A DNA stretch of 64,000 nt, taken from Octopus sinensis. Lineage: Eukaryota. Numbering within the stretch: the stretch's first letter is position 1; each line of letters opens with the position of its first letter. The translations under genes and the position numbers were made by a program. The notes beneath the pieces are model-generated. The model made no database searches. It had not been told where the DNA came from and was given only the letters and a program-made list of their open reading frames with translations. This document shows positions 38,985 to 51,127 of the stretch, in pieces. The stretch spans positions 67,456,001 to 67,520,000 of the forward strand of contig NC_043009.1 of assembly GCF_006345805.1 (NCBI RefSeq), written 5' to 3'.

Positions 38985-41515
38985 TAATATTTACTAACTC
39001 TAATGATTCTGCAAAGAAAGGGGCTTGAAAACGCCCCTATGAAAGGCTGCTAAATGTAGAGAATGAATGGGAAAAGGAGAATCTGCCAAATGTTGACCCA
39101 ACTGAGGGACCAGCTATCTGAATTGACAATAGCTTGGTAGATAAAGCAATTAAGGATATGAAGATAGGGAAAGTCCCTGGCTCATCAGGAATCATGGCTG
39201 AGATGCTTAAACGTTTCAGCAGAGTAGGATATAGCCTAGATACTCGTATTGTTACTCAGGTGGTCTGTGAAGAAGTCATACCCAACGATTGTGTTACAGC
39301 ATTATAGTCAACTGCTACAAAAGCAAAGGTGATGCCTTAGACGGAAATAATTACAGAGGCACCAAATTGTTGGAGCAGGTGATGAAAGTCACAGAAAGGG
39401 TCATAGCTCAATCAATTAGGAAGAAAGTTAAGTGTAGATGAGATGCAGTTGGGATTTGTGTCAAGCAGGAGCCTGGCTGATGCCATATTTCTGGTTAGGC
39501 AACTGCAGAAGAAATATTTAGCCAAAAATAAGCCTCTGTACTGTACCTGGCTTTTGTTGACATAGAGAAAACCTTTGACAAAATCCCCCGCTTCCTTATC
39601 TGGTGAGCAATGCAGAAGATGGGGATAGATGAGTGGTTGTAGAGAGCTGTACAAGCCAAGTACAGGAATGTTGTCAGTAAGGTGAAGGTTGGCAATGAGT
39701 GCAATGATGAATTCAGGGTACAAGTAGGGGTTCGCCTAGGATCAGTCCTCAGCCCCCTCTTGTTCATCATAGTCCTTCTGGCAATAACAGAGGAATTTAA
39801 GATGGGCTGCTCCTGGGAGCACTTCTATACTGATGACCTTGTTCTTATAGCCAAATCACCAGCAGCACTAGAGAAGAAATTTCATGAGGTTTTAAGAAAT
39901 GTCAATGGAAGCAAGGTCTAAAATCAAAGGGTCTTAGAGTCAATCTAGCAAAAACCAAAGTCTTAGTAAGTAGGAAAGGAGACAAATCACAAATCTCTTC
40001 AGGTAGATGGCGCTGCTTGATCTGTAGGAAAGGCATAGGTAGAAACTCTGTAAGATGTACCCGGTGTAAGTTATGGACACATAAGTGGTACAGCAATATC
40101 AAAGGAAAGTTAACAGGGAAAATAGTTTTTGCACGTGGGAGGTGCACTAAAAATGTAAAGAAAATTGATTCTATCGTATGTCAGTGGCAGAAGCTAGAAG
40201 TAGTTGATAGCTTCCATTATCTAGGTGATGGAGTCAGTAGTGGAGGCAGATGCTCTTAGAGCATAGCTGCTTGAAGAAGAATAGTCTGGGCAAGGTTCTA
40301 CCTCTGTTGGTAACTAAGGGTCTCTTCCCCAGAGTGAAAGGCAGACTGTATGATGCTGTGTGTGAACAGCCATGCTAAATGGCAGTAAAACATGGGCTGT
40401 GATCACCGAGGACATGCTTAGGCTTGAAAGAAATGAAGCTAATATGCTTTGCTGGATGTGCAATGTTGGTGTGCATGTATGATAAAAAGTTGGGCATAAG
40501 AAACCTCAACTGTGGTGCGCAAGAGAGACAACTCCACTGGTCATGTGATGCATATGGTCAAGGACAGCTCTGTAAAGAAGTTTGTTGTTTTTGTTTGTTC
40601 CTTCTTAAGCCATGCCTGGGTCATAGGGCCAGTTTCCTGGTTTCCTTGGCATATAAGTTCCCCACCTGGACAGGATGCTGGTCCATCGCAGGTGAGCTGC
40701 AAAATGCAGAAGGAAAGAGTGCGAGAAAGTTGTGGTGAAAGAGTCAGCAGAAGTTCACCATTACCTTCTGCCAGAGCTGTGTGGAGCTTAGGTGTTTTGC
40801 TCATAAACACACACATTGCCTGGTCTGATATTCGAACCCACAATCCCTCGACCACCAGTCTGCTGCTCTAACCACTAGGCCATGTGCCTCCACGTGTAAA
40901 GAAGTGCTGATCTCTAATTGAGGAGGGGACTTGTGGAAGAGGTAGACCCAGGAAGATGAAGTGGTAAAGCATGGTCTTCAAATGTTGGGCCTCACAGAGG
41001 TGATGACAAGTGGCTGTGCTTGAGAAGGGCCATGAAGCCAAGTGGAATCGTAGTTGTGTCCATTGCCAGTGTCATGCAAATGGCATCCATGAAATCGTAA
41101 TTGTGGCCATTAATGGTAGCATGATCTTTTGAGCATTGGGCCTCATGGAGGTGATGACAAGTGAGTGAGGCCTTTGGTGATTCTCTGCTGAGAAGACTTG
41201 TCAAACCAGGTGAAATTGCAGTCAGTCATGACTTGCCAGTGTCACTGTAAATGGCACCCTGCAGGTGTCGTCGTGTAAATGTCACCTGTAAAATCATAAC
41301 CATAGCAGCTGTTGCCAGTGTGATGCAAATGGCACCTGTGCTGGTGGAACGTAAAAGCACTCATTACAGTCTTGGAGTGGTTGGCATTGGAAAGGGGTCT
41401 GGCCGTAGAAACCATATCAAATCAGACTGGAACCTGGTGCAACTCCTTGGTTTACCAGTTCCAGTCAAACCGTCCAACACACACCAGCATGCAAAGCGGA
41501 CATTAAATGATGATC
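38985..41515 (+). mobile_element. Older decayed RTE LINE of the same family, interrupted by a SINE
   Basis: Degenerate homology to the 6901-10035 copy (ENEWEKENLPNVDPTEGP, GSVLSPLLFIIVL, CRKGIGRNSVRC) with stops and frameshifts; same 3' end. Confidence 0.9.
40582..40894 (-). mobile_element. tRNA-headed SINE with 11-bp target site duplication
   Basis: A box TGGCCTAGTGG and B box GGTTCGAAT on the minus strand. TGTAAAGAAGT is duplicated at 40571-40581 and 40895-40905. Confidence 0.85.
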
Positions 41516-42229
41516 ATGGTTTACCATGAGCCCTCAAGGATTTAAGGTTGAGCTTCCATGTCTGGAATTTCCTCTCTAATTCCACTTGAGATTCAGCTAT
41601 GAGAGAACTAGATTGTCTACATAACCAATCTTAACTGTTCTGAGGTAGTCTGTAGAACTGATGAAGAAGGCTGAGCCTCGATGATCTACCTTCTCACTGA
41701 ATTTGACACTGAAATCATATCTTTGCACATAGCTTTGACATCTCTCATCTCTCACAGGCCATTTAGTCTTCATCTATGGACTGCTTTATATTTTATGTTC
41801 CTCCCTCTCAGCTTCCCTGGAGCCGTTTCATCTCACTTTCATCTCCTATACTGAACTTTCAACTCTCCTTTTCTCCTGTGTTCCTTCTCGTTTTGTCCAT
41901 GGCAGCCCTACCCCCATTACCTCTGCTCGTCTCCCACAATTTCAACCCTTATGTATCTCTGACGTTGTCCCTTGACTGTGCATCTCCTGCATCCCACCCC
42001 TATTTCCTCCACCTTTCCCTCCAACCATGCCTCCAGTGTTTCCCACTCACTGTATTCCCCCCTATCCCATCCCATCCTCCACTCCTTTCACACTTACCTA
42101 CCCACTCACCCTCTCTAGTCCTCTGTATCACTTGTATTCACTCCCACCATAACTTCCTGATACATATTTCCCTGCTGGCGATGACCACATATCCCCTCCA
42201 CAGTGAGGCACCCGCTTCCCTGTATTGAG

Positions 42230-42470
42230 CTTGGTGCAATCCTCTGGCTTTGCTATTTCCTGTAACAAGTCAACCTCTATAATCATAAATATTCCACACC
42301 CGAGAGATCTCAAAATGAGACCAATTGTGGTGGCTGGTCCCTCTTGTGATGTCCTCCTCAAACCTATCCTCCAACATAAACACATGTGGATAATATACCC
42401 ATTCATCCATCCGTCTTTTCTGTCCACTATTCCAGGGAGAGTTGTGGGGGTAGGGTCCTTAGGCATCTCC
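42230..42470 (+). mobile_element. Penelope-like RT remnant
   Basis: IPHPRDLKMRPIVVAGPSC resembles the PLE PKIHK..RPIVA motif. Confidence 0.45.
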
Positions 42471-44062
42471 TAACCCTCCATAGGGATCTTAGAGGTAACC
42501 ATCATTAAACTGGATTTCCAAACATGACCAGCTGAGACTATATCCAATCATGTAGTTCTGATCTACCCCCAAGTCGCCTGCTAATAGTTTCAGCTTGAAG
42601 AATATGTCTTCCCAGGGACATTCTACTCATTTCCATAGTACTGGAGACGTGGCCTCCCAAAGCAGGTAAGTAGCTGCTTAACCTCCAGATTCTTTGATCT
42701 GAGTTATGCGCCCCTTTTGAGTAATGGAAGGGCCCCATTTCAGTCATATCTTTATCTGTCTGTCTGTCTATCTATCTATCTAATCATATATATATCATCA
42801 CTTAACGTCTGCTTTCCATGCTAGCATGGGTTGGACGATTTGATTTAGAACTGGCAAACCAGATGGCTGCACCCGGCTAAAAGCAACATTGAAGGAAGGT
42901 CACTTCACTACCATTTAATTAATGCATCTTGAGGTAACACGTTGCTGGGATTCATGATAATGGTGGCACTACATGACTTGTTTCAAGCTATCTTCAAAGC
43001 TGAGCTGTTTCACATAATTTATCCTGCAACATGTGAACATTTCTCTTTGACCTAATGGAACTGCATTACTCTAGACCAGCAGTTCTCAGCTAGAGATAGA
43101 GAGAGAGAGAGAGACTGGGAATACTGTATAGATGGTAGATGGCAGACTTTACCAAACTTCCAGATTCCAATGGCAACAATTTTATTAACTCTTCCGTGCA
43201 AAGGGTCCCTGAATAAGGTTTAAGGATGTTGAATGAAACACCCATGTCTCCAGATGTAAATTATTCTGCTCACAGACCTTACCAATCCCACCCCCTTACC
43301 ATATGGCCCTTAGAAGTCCGTATAAAATTTATTTCCAATAAATTGGCTGCACTTATACAATACAAACATTTTTATTCAATCCTAAATAGTATTTAATTAT
43401 AAAAAAATGTATTTTTTAAATGTGATTTGCTAGTCAACATTTTTAGTTATGATAAATTACTGCTGTCACGTTGCATCTGTGTATTCTGGCAGCATTAGAA
43501 CAGTCCACCATATTGGCATTTTTCTTGGTGATTCTTCATCCTTGGTTGTCACTAGTATTTCTTGATATTTATTTCTGAAACAAGACTATTTCCATCTACA
43601 TTATATACCTGCTCAGGACTTTTTCAACTGCTTCCATATCTTCTGAACATTTTTCACCTTACACTGACATATTGAGCTGCAGCCAACCCTCACTGTAAAC
43701 ACTAAATTTTGTCCTTATTCTTTAACAAAATTTTTGGGTATCACCTTCACTTGATATATAAAAACCACTTCAGGACATGATCCTAATTAGAACTTATTTC
43801 TGTCATTTTTGCTTCATGAAAAAAGCAAACAATTTTTTTTCTATTGGAAAGTCATTGCTGTATGAATCCCTGCTGTCAAGTTCAATTTCTACCTTTAAAA
43901 GGACAATGCCTGGGGTCTGATTGTTTATTCTTTCACGCCAAGGCTGGAGCTTTAAGCACATGTTTATAAAAAACACCGCCAAAAAACAAAACCAATTTGG
44001 AATGCCTTCGCTGTGTTTAGATCGATGCAGGATTACTAATGGACAAGTTAAGAGAGGATGAT

Positions 44063-44683
44063 CTAGGAATTAAAAGAGAAGTAACAAAAAGATCAAGAAA
44101 ATAACAGGAAATTGGTTTGTGTGGTTTTTTTTATATTTGTATATTTGTCAATAACGAAAAGGGTGTCGAAATTTAGACGGCTGTTTTTCACCAATTCACT
44201 GTTCATCTTTACTCTACGAACTTTTTTTCATCACAGTAATAGTGGCCGCTGGGTTTGGACATGGACAATGGTGATCACAGCAACCATGACAATTTGGAGC
44301 ATGACAATTTGAGCAAGGATTGCAGGGGCACGGATGACATATTGGTGTCACGTGGATTTGAGGTTCTGGTGCTAAGAATCAAAAGAGAAGCAACAAAAAG
44401 ATCAAGAAAAAATAACAGAAAATTGGTTTGTGTTTTTTTGTGTTATATTTGCATATTTGTCAATAACGAAAAGGGTGTCGAAATTTAGACAGCTGTTTTT
44501 CACCAATTCACTGTTCATCTTTACTCTACGAACCTTTTTTCGTCACAGTAATAGTGGCCGCTGGGTTTGGACATGGACAATGGTGATCACAGCAACCATG
44601 ACAATTTGGAGCATGACAATTTGAGCAAGGATTGCAGGGGCACGAATGGCATATTGGTGTCACGTGGATATGAGGTTCTGGTG
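44063..44683. repeat. Tandem duplication, two ~310-bp units (44063-44371 and 44372-44683)
   Basis: High identity along the whole unit by eye. Confidence 0.95.
44222..44371 (-). CDS. Cys-rich exon-like unit B (xPEPQIHVTPICHPCPCNPCSNCHAPNCHGCCDHHCPCPNPAATITVMKK)
   Basis: Acceptor tcttttgattcttag, phase 1, which fits the donor phase of unit A. All 10 Cys retained. Weaker AAA|gttcgt donor or TAG at 44214. Confidence 0.6.
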
Positions 44684-44687
44684 GATT
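44534..44687 (-). CDS. Cys-rich exon-like unit A (NPPEPHIHVTPICHSCPCNPCSNCHAPNCHGCCDHHCPCPNPAATITVTKK)
   Basis: Strong acceptor ttttttctttttttgttcttttctcag, open frame with 10 Cys, AAG|gttcgt donor (or reads on to TAG at 44526). Not in the ORF track because it has no ATG. Confidence 0.65.
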
Positions 44688-45311
44688 CTGAGAAAAGAAC
44701 AAAAAAAGAAAAAATTAGAAAATTCTCTTATAAGGTTGTCTCAAAAGTTCGTAGAAAGTCTTTGAAAATAATGGTCTTTATTTTGAGGAATAATTTTTGT
44801 TGTTTTTGTTAGTACTTGGCGTGTAAAAATTTAATTTTCGCAAGTGTTTACGAACTTTTGGGACAACCTAATATTAATGAATAATTTGCGCAGCAAAATT
44901 TCGTCATTAAGTAGAAATTAGAAATCAAGTTAAGGGGAATAACTCTCAGATAAGGGAGAGAACCCATAGATATTACGTCACGAAATTTTTTTAAATGTGT
45001 TTTGTAAGTAATTAAGCATCTTCATCCTCTTAACACATTTTCCTCGCTAATATAGTTGGGGAAATATTCAAAACCCGAGCAAGATTATGAATTATACCAA
45101 AGTGATTCAGTAATAATTCAGATTCACGTTTAATCCACACTACACAGCTTCAACAAGCAAATTTGCTATTCAACTGTATTTTTGATAGAAAAAAAAAGAA
45201 GAAATATACAAAGAATGAAAAAACAGTTACCTGGGTAACAGTAATTTTCGTTCGTTTTCTTTTTGGAGCTGCAAAAATAATAAGAATAATTATAATACCC
45301 AGCAAAATAAG

Positions 45312-45347
<36 letters not shown>

Positions 45348-47872
45348 GTACTACTTACTACTACTACTACTACTAATAATAATAATACTCCTTTCTACTA
45401 TAGGCACAAGGCCACAAGGAAGGAGTAAGTCTAGATTACCCCAGTACACAGCTGGTACTTAACTCCAAAAGGATGAAAGGCAACGTCAACCTTAGCGGGA
45501 TTTAATTTCAACTTTTGGCCCATGGCCTGCAATTTCGGTGGGTGGTTAAGTAAGTTGATCACATCGACCACAGGGCTCAACAGGCACCCATTTTATCAAT
45601 CTCGAAAGTTCACCTCGGCAACATTTTTTTCGTGTGTTATGGTTTCAAGTTTTGGAACAAGGCCGGCAACTCATTTGATCGACTCCCAAAAGAATGAAAT
45701 GCAGAGTTAACCTTTGCAGAATTTGAACTCAGAATGGATTGCCAGAAGAAATGCATCTTACCATTTCATCTTGGGCACTAAAGATTCTGCCGGTTCCCTG
45801 CCATCATATTAATGGTTTCAAAATTTGGAACAAGGCCTGCAGTTAGGACGAAAGGCAAAGTCGACCTCGGTAGAATTTGAACACAAAACACAAATACAGA
45901 CGAAATACCGCTAAGCATTTCGCATGCTAACGATTCTGCCAGCTTGCTGTCCTTGCAAAGCAGCCTATTCTATGCTGTTGTCCCTAGTATTTAACTGGTA
46001 CTTTACTTTATCAACCCTGGAGATATGAACGAGGCCTTCCAATGTTCTGTTGCAAGAGGATCAGAACCCTTAACTGTTCTGGACTGTCAAGGGGAATCAC
46101 ACCTTCACGAAGTATGAAAAAAGGGTCCAAAACCTTACAAAAGACTGTTGAATATAGAAAATGTGTAAGGTTTAAGAATAATTATCCTTTCTAGTATCTT
46201 TAACTCGAGACACAGGTGTCTTGGTAAATGTTTTCCTGTTGATTTAAATTGATGGGTGCATGTAGAAAACAAAGGATAAAGTGCCTAAAATTACTTTATT
46301 ATGTAAAAACATATGACAACTTGTGAACAGTACAATACATCTACCACAATAAGAAAACCTAAAAAAAATATATGTAAAGTATGTTTGTGAAAAAATAAGA
46401 AGCAAACTATGTACTGAGAGACGATCTCTGATTGGCTCTTACACTTCAAAACCAACCATTCACAACATTTATTCCATTGGGCTGATCAATTGGCCCAGTT
46501 ATCCCAATAGGGTCTAATAGAGGATTCAGCTACAGAAGAGGGAGTAGATGGTCTAGGAAGAGGCCAAAGCGAGGGACCCTGTTATGGAAAAACAAACAAT
46601 TTAATGAATTAGTTAAAATGCAGTTTGTACATGTGCCAGGTTGGGGGTAATACTCATGCTTCCCAGAGTGAGTGTCACTGTCTAGCAGTGTCTGCTGTGG
46701 TCTTAGCTAAATCCCATGATCTCTAGTGAAAGTTATGTACATGATGCATATGCTAGGTACAGTGCAAAAGCTATGACAGCGTTGGTAGGGACAGTTGAAT
46801 GTGATGACAAGTGGGTAAGAGAAATGTCTGGAAATATATGTGGATAGAAACTAAAAGAAGATATGGGATGAAAATGGAAGAATAATCTCAATGCTCACAA
46901 AAGATAATATAGGAATGCAACAAAGGAGCGTTACTTCATGGGAACAAGCAAATCTGAAGAATGTGATGTCTTTAAAAAAGAATTTAAGAGAAAAGGTAAT
47001 GTGGAGAAGACAAAGCTTGAATGAGCTGAGAAATAGTTGGAGGTTCAGAAAAGAATAATTTTCTAAGAGAGAAAAGATGGTGGCTAACTGAAAGTTTGTG
47101 ATAAATCTTCTGAACGTTGGAAACCTGATGCAAGGTGGTATGATGGTACTGTAGAGAACCACTAAAACGAAAGGGACAGACTTGAATGAGAAATTAGACG
47201 TCCAATATAATTAGGAAAGTGGAAAGTTAAAAGTAAAGAGCTTTGCCAATCTTTTCAAACATGAGGTATCCTGGATGGGAAGGAGTTTATGAAATGGAAT
47301 AATAATGGTACACTTCTCTTTAATGATGCTAAAAATACAAACGTATGTGCTATAATGAGGACACTGATCAAGAAGAATAATGCATAGTGGTGGAGGTGGT
47401 GGTGGTGATCTACTCAAGACAACAAAGGTAAGAAAGGCATCTGGACTTTCAAGAACGAGCTGTGTGTGTGTGTAAGTATTATTGAAGCTCTGCTATCACA
47501 TAAATGTAAAAGCCACATGTAGTGTTGAGGGTGGTGTGCCACCAGTGGTGGTGGTGAGAAGTCAAGCATGAGGTACCAGAAGGTGGAAGTGACAACATAG
47601 TGATGCAGGTCTTTCAATCAGCCTCTTTCTTGGATGAGCAGTTAATTCCTAAAATGTGTTGGAACTTGGTGGCCCTCTTCATTATTTGCACCACCGAACT
47701 AGGTGAGAAATGTTGTAAACAAATACAAATGAATTTAGAAGTGCAGAAAAGTATTTGCATGCATAACATACATACAACTGCTCACATATATTACAAATAG
47801 AATGCATTATATAAATCAGACCCACCGCCCACCATCACCACCAGGTCACAAATATCACAAGTTGAACATTTA

Positions 47873-48592
47873 TTAACATATATACAGTGACTCACCTGGC
47901 ACTGTTTGAATGGCAAGTTGTGGAGCACACGGGCAGTGGCATAGTTTCACAGTGGCTGGCTCACACTGTTCTAGATCAGATGTTGATGCGTCATTCATAT
48001 CGACTGTGACATTCTCCGGGCAAGGGCAAGGGCATGGACCGCAAGGCCCGCAAGGCCCACAAGGGCCGCAAGGCCCGCAAGGCCCGCAAGGGCCGCAAGG
48101 CCCGCAAGGCGCGCAACACTCCTTGGGCGCTACTTCAATTGAGTAAGTTTCACATGGTTTCGGTATCAGTTGTGATAACATGGTAGCCACCTTCGTTTGC
48201 TCGGCTGCCACCACAGCCTGTTGGGTCGCAACCACAGCCTGTTTAGCAGCTACTTTTGCTTGGTGTTTGGCTATCATAAATTTACAAGGCAGTTTGTGTA
48301 TGCAGACACAATGGTTGTGACAGTGACCGTGACCGTGGCAGTGACCATGACTGAGGCAGTGACCATGACTGAGGCAGTGACCATGAAAATGACAGTGACC
48401 ATGGCCATGGCAGTGACCGTGTCCGTGGCAATGACCGTGTCCGTGGCAATGACCGTGTCCGTGGCAGTGATGACCGTGCCCATGGCAGTGACCATAACCG
48501 TGACAGTGGCCATGATGCCCATGACAGTGATGATGGCATGGCTTATGGGTATGCATAATAATAGAATCACATGTTACAGAATCACAACTCAT
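47873..48592 (-). CDS. Unrecognised His/Cys-rich protein, 239 aa as unspliced ORF: (GHCHGH)-like x11, four heptads, (CGP)8, CPCP; no signal peptide
   Basis: ATG in AAG-ATG context with an in-frame TGA five codons upstream. Pyrimidine-rich acceptor near 48662. Repeat units vary mainly at synonymous positions. Possible CAG|GTGAGT donor after 47896, so the C-terminus is uncertain. Confidence 0.8.
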   Translation of the reverse strand: MSCDSVTCDSIIMHTHKPCHHHCHGHHGHCHGYGHCHGHGHHCHGHGHCHGHGHCHGHGHCHGHGHCHFHGHCLSHGHCLSHGHCHGHGHCHNHCVCIHKLPCKFMIAKHQAKVAAKQAVVATQQAVVAAEQTKVATMLSQLIPKPCETYSIEVAPKECCAPCGPCGPCGPCGPCGPCGPCGPCGPCPCPCPENVTVDMNDASTSDLEQCEPATVKLCHCPCAPQLAIQTVPGESLYIC

Positions 48593-49652
48593 CTTTCTGC
48601 TAGTTCATGCAAAACGTCAAAATAGATAGATATTTTCTCCTGCAGGTTGACACAAATCTGCTGGTAAAAAAAAAGAAGAAAAAAAAGAAAAGAAAAATGT
48701 TAGAGTACATACAAAAATGTTAAGAGTACATACATTGTATACATACATTGTATACATGCATGTATGCATACACATAGCTTTATGCAAACCAATCACAAAA
48801 ATAAAGTTCTTTTATATACGTCAAAAAAAAAAAATTTAATCTGTGAATGTGTGTGTGCATATATATATATCATCATCATCATCGTTTTAATGTCCGCTTT
48901 CCATGCTGGCATGGGTTGGACGATTTGACCGAGGACTGGCAAGCCAGATGGCTGCACCAGGCTTATATTGTTTTATATATGGTTATGCCTGCACCCAAGT
49001 TGAGGAATGTATATCATGTATTGCGTTTAGTTGAATTGGCATCATCTTCATTGTTGCCTTCGCTTTGTTTTGGCTGTTGTCCGCTCCAGCCTTCTTCAGG
49101 TGCCTTGTGCTAAACTCAGTTCTATCTGAATTTCGAACCTGACCCTTTTTGATCTCCCGGGTTATGTTATTCTCAAGAGAGTTGGAATGAAAGCAGTGAT
49201 CCTTCTGAAGGTCAAATAAAAGATTAGGTTTGAAATTCGTTTACAGCTGAGTTCAACACAAGACACCTGAAGACGGCTGGAGTGTACAAAAGCCAAAACA
49301 GTGAAAAGCAACAAAATGAAGACACCATACATAACACAATTGTGTTTAAAAAGAAATTTAAATGGACAATATTTTGTTTACAAGATTTTTCTTCTGTACA
49401 TGTTTACATTTGCATGTACGCATCATTGTTCTAATGTCGAATTTTTCAAGCTTACATGAGTTAAACAAAATTTGTTGAGGTGGAATACCCTTCCTGTGAA
49501 ACAACTCACTTCAAGTAAAGGGTAAGATTTCTTGAAGAATACACATGCTTTCATGGAAGATTGGAAACAAAAGTACAGTTCAGGTAGAGAGAAAATAGAA
49601 AGATATAGTGCTGTGGGAGAGGATAACGGGGAGAAAGGGAGAGAGAGAGAGA

Positions 49653-49707
<55 letters not shown>

Positions 49708-50454
49708 GGAATTACTGTATAGATGGCAGACTTTACCAAACTTCCAGATTCCAATGGCAACAATTTTATTAACTCTTCCGCTCAAAGGGTCCTGAATAAG
49801 GTTTAAGGATGTTGAATGAAACACCCATGTCTCCAGATGTAAATTATTCTGCTCACAGACCATTCATCCATCCCTTCATGATGAGGATCCAAAGCAAGGG
49901 ACCTTGTCAAGGGCCTCTTCCTGTTTAGCAAATGTTAGATATAAAGGTTGTCTTCAAGTTAGCTACCGCCAACCCCTGCCCGATTAGTTGTCTCCCTTGG
50001 AAACTAGCATCAGTGGTACCGCTTTACCGCTCCCAGGCTCAAAGTTGAACTGCATCTCATTCAGGTTAATTCTGCTTATCTACTCTTAAGACTGTCTGTG
50101 TCTGTGTATGTCTCTCTCTCTCTTTTCTCTCTCTTCTCTCTCTCTTACTGGTGAAGGCCGTTTTATAGGGTTACTTTGGGTTTCTCGCTATAAAGGATAC
50201 CTTTATGGCGTATCTTCAGGCCATGAAACCTGTTGGCATATGATCTCTTTAAAAATGGAGGGGGAAATGATACGGATGTAATCAAGGGGATTATGTGTAT
50301 ATATATAATAGTGAGGGAGCAGAGAGAAGGGGAAGAGGGAAGAAGAAAGAAGAGGGAAGAAGGGAAAGAAGGGAAGAGGAGGGAAAGAGAGTAGGGGTGA
50401 AAAGATGAAGGACTGAAGAGAAGTAGGAGTCGGGGGGATGTTAGATGAAAAGCA

Positions 50455-51127
50455 GGGGGAGATTTGAGACAATATGGCGTAAAAGAGCGAAGAGAAGATT
50501 AATCCCTGTTCACGGCGCAAGCGGGAATCCGGATGACCTCTGTGCAAGGACAATCCGAACACAGACAGGTGTTGCAAGGAGTGACCGGTGGAGCGGAAAT
50601 GGCGTGAGACTGGTATGTCATTGGCAAGGCGGATGTCTCGGAGGTGTTCCGCGAACCGGTCAGCCAAGCGGCGTCCAGTTTGTCCGATGTACAGGAAATG
50701 GCAGAGAGAGCAAGAGACGCAATAGATGATATTGCTGGAGGTGCAGGTGAAGGAGTCGATGATGGGTGAGGAGGGTGGTGTTGGAGAGGTAAGGGCAAGT
50801 GCGGCAACGTGGGCGGGAGCAGAGAAACGAGCCAGGTTGGGAGGTAGGGTCAGGGAAGAAGCTGTGGACCAAGAGGTCTCGTAGGTTATGGGCTCGTTTG
50901 AAGGAGGGGAGGGGTCGGTTAGGGAAGAGGTGTGAAGTGGACGGGTCGGACTGGAGATGCCGGAAAGCTCGAAGAATGGTGCGTTGGAGAGGTAGGGTGG
51001 TGGGGTGGTAAGTGAGGGGAAAAGGGAAGCGGGTGACTGCAGGGCGGGTTCGGGGGAGAGAGCAGATGCACGGAACGTGCTCTGTCAAGGGCGGTGTGGA
51101 TAGTGGTGAGGGGGTATCCACGTAGGA
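50455..51127 (-). mobile_element. Penelope-like element fragment (RT thumb to GIY-YIG endonuclease), frameshifted
   Basis: RGYP, FKRAHNLRDLLV, CSRPRCRTC and ADRFAEHLRDI...VSRHF in overlapping minus-strand frames. Confidence 0.85.

Noticed and set aside
43440-44060. Candidate further minus-strand exons and terminal exon of the Cys-rich gene
   Set aside because: Acceptor-like sites and AATAAA signals exist, but several frames are equally plausible and one reading needs a 34-nt intron.
47910-48146. Plus-strand ORF with collagen-like (GPQ)n
   Set aside because: Antisense shadow of the (CGP)8 codons; short, no signal peptide, and the variation is synonymous in the minus frame.
48197-48625. Val/Thr/Ala/Met-rich overlapping ORFs on both strands
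   Set aside because: Alternative frames of the 18-nt His repeat.
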